This document shows, piece after piece, positions 61,514 through 64,000 of a stretch of DNA of 64,000 bases. The DNA comes from Raillietiella orientalis (Eukaryota). Each line of letters opens with the position of its first letter. Position 1 is the first letter of the stretch. The notes under the pieces are model-generated. The model was not told where the DNA came from, made no database searches, and saw only the letters and a list, made by a program, of their open reading frames with translations. Where the stretch lies: NCBI GenBank assembly GCA_036172245.1, contig JAYWIR010000114.1:1-64000 (forward strand). Reading direction: 5' to 3'. The position numbers and the translations under genes are program-made.

Positions 61514-64000
61514 ATGCGGGGAATCGCGTCTTCTCGTCGTCTGTGCGTTACGTCTTGGAACGTGAGCGGATTGCAGAACGACGAGAAGAGGCGATTGGTA
61601 GTCAACGCCCTGCGCTTCTTTGACCTCGCGCTCCTGCAGGAGATACACGTAATCTCCGAAGAGCAGGCTGCGGAAGTCGAGGATCGCGCAGGCGGAAAGC
61701 TAAATTGACGGTGCGGCGACCCATACACGTGCGGTGTCGCGTTCCTCTTAAGAGGAAAGATGGCGGAAGCGGTGCGTGGTGTTCGCTTCGATGACGACGG
61801 ACGAGTGGGCCAGCTTGTTCTTAAGTGGTCCGAGTCCATCGATCTCGTCATGACGAACATCTACGCCCCTAGTGGATCGCGCTACCTCGAAAATAGAATT
61901 GCGCTATTCGAGGAAGTGAAATGCCACTGGCTCAACAACTCCGACTCTTAACTGGCGCACCTCGTCGCAGGGGATTTCAACGTCCACCTGCTTTCCGACG
62001 AATGGAGCTGCCCGAGGGAGCGAACGTCGGCCATCGAGATATGCGCGTCAGTACGCGCTCTCAATTTGATGGACGGCGTACCTGAGATGGAAAGGTCACC
62101 GGATCACATCTTCCTCGATGACAACCTGCACCCTCGTGTGGGAAGAAGAGGAAGATTGTCGTCCGTACTTTCTGATCATCACAGGTTGGAGTTCGAGCTC
62201 CTTCCGCCAGGAAATGTGCCTCCGTTGAAAAACTGCAGGATGCCGGCGGACCGGCTTAGCCATCCGGAAACGGCGAATCATCTCCGTCAGTACCTCCGGA
62301 CCTTCGTCATCCGCGAACTCGCGGACTGGGATCATTTAATAAGATCAGTCCGCGATTTCTGCGAACGGTTTCCCTTGCATTGGCTCCCGCGAGGCATTGG
62401 AGAAGGGGTCGCCAACAGCAGGACTTTCCTGCAGGCGCGCACCTTTTCCAGACGCGCTGATGTCAGCCGGCTTGCGGAATACAAGGAGAGAGCCGAGCGC
62501 CAGGTCTGGCAGTCTGGAGCATCTTGCTTGCTCGACGAAAAAGGCCTGGAATGCTCGGCACCAGCCCCTATCCGCCGCATAATAAAAAGTTATTACTCCT
62601 CGCTATACGCGGAAGCACCAACGGAAATTATCTTTTCGGAGATACTGCTTTCCCAGGTTGCTGCCGTGGTTAGCGAAGAGGAACGCTCACGTCTCGACGA
62701 GTCCTTCACGGAGGAGGAAATTTCCTCCCCAATAGCGAAGCTCAAGAGACGAAAAGCGCCAGGCGAGGATGGGCTGCCTGCGGAGTTTTATCAGTGCTTC
62801 GCGGGGGAGCTCGTCCCCCTGGTGCATTGCCGCTCGACGCTGATGAGGGTATTGGGGGATGTCCGCAACTCCTTCCGCTCAGCGAGGGTGCGTCTCCTTC
62901 CGAAAGGTGGAGACGCACGCCATTTAAACAACTGGCGTCCGGTCACTTTGGTGAACTCGGACGTCAAGTTGTTCTTCAAGATTGGATTGCGCGCCTAGGG
63001 AGAATAGCGCCGTCCTTGGTGAGCCCGGAGAAGACTTACGCTGTTCCCGGGAGATCCATGGACGCGAACCTCCTGATTGCACGCACCTGGATGCAGCTGC
63101 AGAAGCGCAGAGCGCAGCAAAGTCGATCCGTGACAAATGCCACTGCTAAAGGCACACGGTATCGACAGAAGCGGCAGGAGAATACGCCTGATGCTTTGGC
63201 GGTCGCAGTCGACCGGCACAAAGCGTTTGATTGCGTGAACCAAGGGCTCTTATTAGAGCTCTTCGAACGCCTGGGTCTTTCGGCGTATCTCTTGAAGTAC
63301 TTACGCGCTAACTGGCGCCACGCGCTAACCTGCATTTCTTTTAGCGCCTGCAACATGTACGGTATTCCCGTGCGCAAGGGCATCAGACAGGGTGACAGCT
63401 TAAGCCCGTCGCTCTTCAGCATCTTCTTCGAGCTGATGCTGAGGGTGTACAGACTGACGCTGGAGTACCTGCCTAGCTCCTGCCCGGGTACGCCTGCCGT
63501 GGCTGCCTATGCAGACGACCTGCTTCTTCTGCTCCCCGTGTCCACCCCGACGGCCAGTGTCGAAGATTTCTTCAAACTGATTCGTCGGGGAGCAGGCGTG
63601 AGTGTGAACCGGAAGAAGAGCGTGGTCGTACCTGTTGGAGCGTCGTGGGAGGGGCAGTCCGACTGGATCCGCCTAGGGATCCCAAAGGCAGGGTATTTCA
63701 AGTACCTTGGAGTTCCGCTGGGCGACCTCGGTTCTGCCGAGGCGTGGTCGGACTGCCTTTAAAAGGCAGAGTTGACAGCCAGCCCGTTCACTATATGCAA
63801 GTTCACCTTGCCGGAACGGGCAGCTATTTGAAACACCTCCGTGGTCTTCCTCCTTGGACCCCTGTTTTTTGTCTTTGACCCCCCCTGCGCGGCCAAGGAG
63901 CGGGCAAAACGCCTGCTAAGGAACGCACTCTGGAGTCCGGCGCGATTTAGGATCCGCCTGAAAGACCTCGCGGCTCCACGTCGGAATGCTGGTCTTGGCA
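61514..64000 (+). pseudogene. C ORF2 (APE-RT), decayed, runs off the window
   Basis: MRGIASSRRLCVTSWNV, LLQE, NIYAP, GDFN, SDH. ORFs 62066-62998 and 62794-63762 contain KAFD, QGDSLSP, AYADD and KYLG. Confidence 0.93.

Larger units (their letters stand above)
34101..64000 (+). mobile_element. C: A-lineage L1/Tx1-like LINE split by nested insertions (own sequence 34101-35439, ~46672-47246, 61356 to beyond 64000)
   Basis: The ORF1 frame reads across both insertions (..ASSPTRQ|ERTDLP.. and ..KERELIP|ERQTTL..SQH*) and then into ORF2 at 61514. The element runs off the right edge. Confidence 0.8.

Noticed and set aside
32125..63878. Many antisense and alternative-frame ORFs of 60-320 aa over the LINEs
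   Set aside because: They are shadows of GC-rich coding sequence with no independent motifs.
32093..64000. Prokaryotic RT systems (retron, group II intron, DGR, CRISPR-RT) or LTR/DIRS elements
   Set aside because: The RTs are fused to an N-terminal APE domain downstream of CCHC ORF1s. No protease, integrase, recombinase, LTRs or repeat-spacer array is visible.

Overview
Eukaryotic repeat-only window in two sharply separated halves, with no recognisable host gene. Bases 1-32092 are an AT-rich tandem array of a ~2.65-kb unit (12 full copies plus a 263-bp partial copy, continuing off the left edge). It has two sequence subtypes and no long ORF. Bases 32093-64000 are GC-rich and made entirely of eight copies or fragments of L1/Tx1-like non-LTR retrotransposons (CCHC-knuckle ORF1; APE endonuclease + reverse transcriptase + C-terminal Zn-motif ORF2) from two lineages, here called A (including the element called C) and B. 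They are nested: element C (34101 to beyond 64000) interrupts fragment A2 and hosts an antisense head-to-tail B dimer (35440-46671) and element A3 (47247-61355, perfect 11-bp TSD). A3 in turn hosts an antisense head-to-tail X/Y dimer (49902-58415). Both dimers carry three degenerate copies of the target site (left, middle, right). The elements share covarying 3' hairpins instead of poly(A) tails, and the A lineage also shares a TAATG-type ORF1/ORF2 junction and a 5' GGACGTG motif. The layout suggests a LINE-into-LINE targeting cluster at a satellite edge (possibly centromeric or subtelomeric), but that is inference. Family names are my own labels and the host organism cannot be identified.
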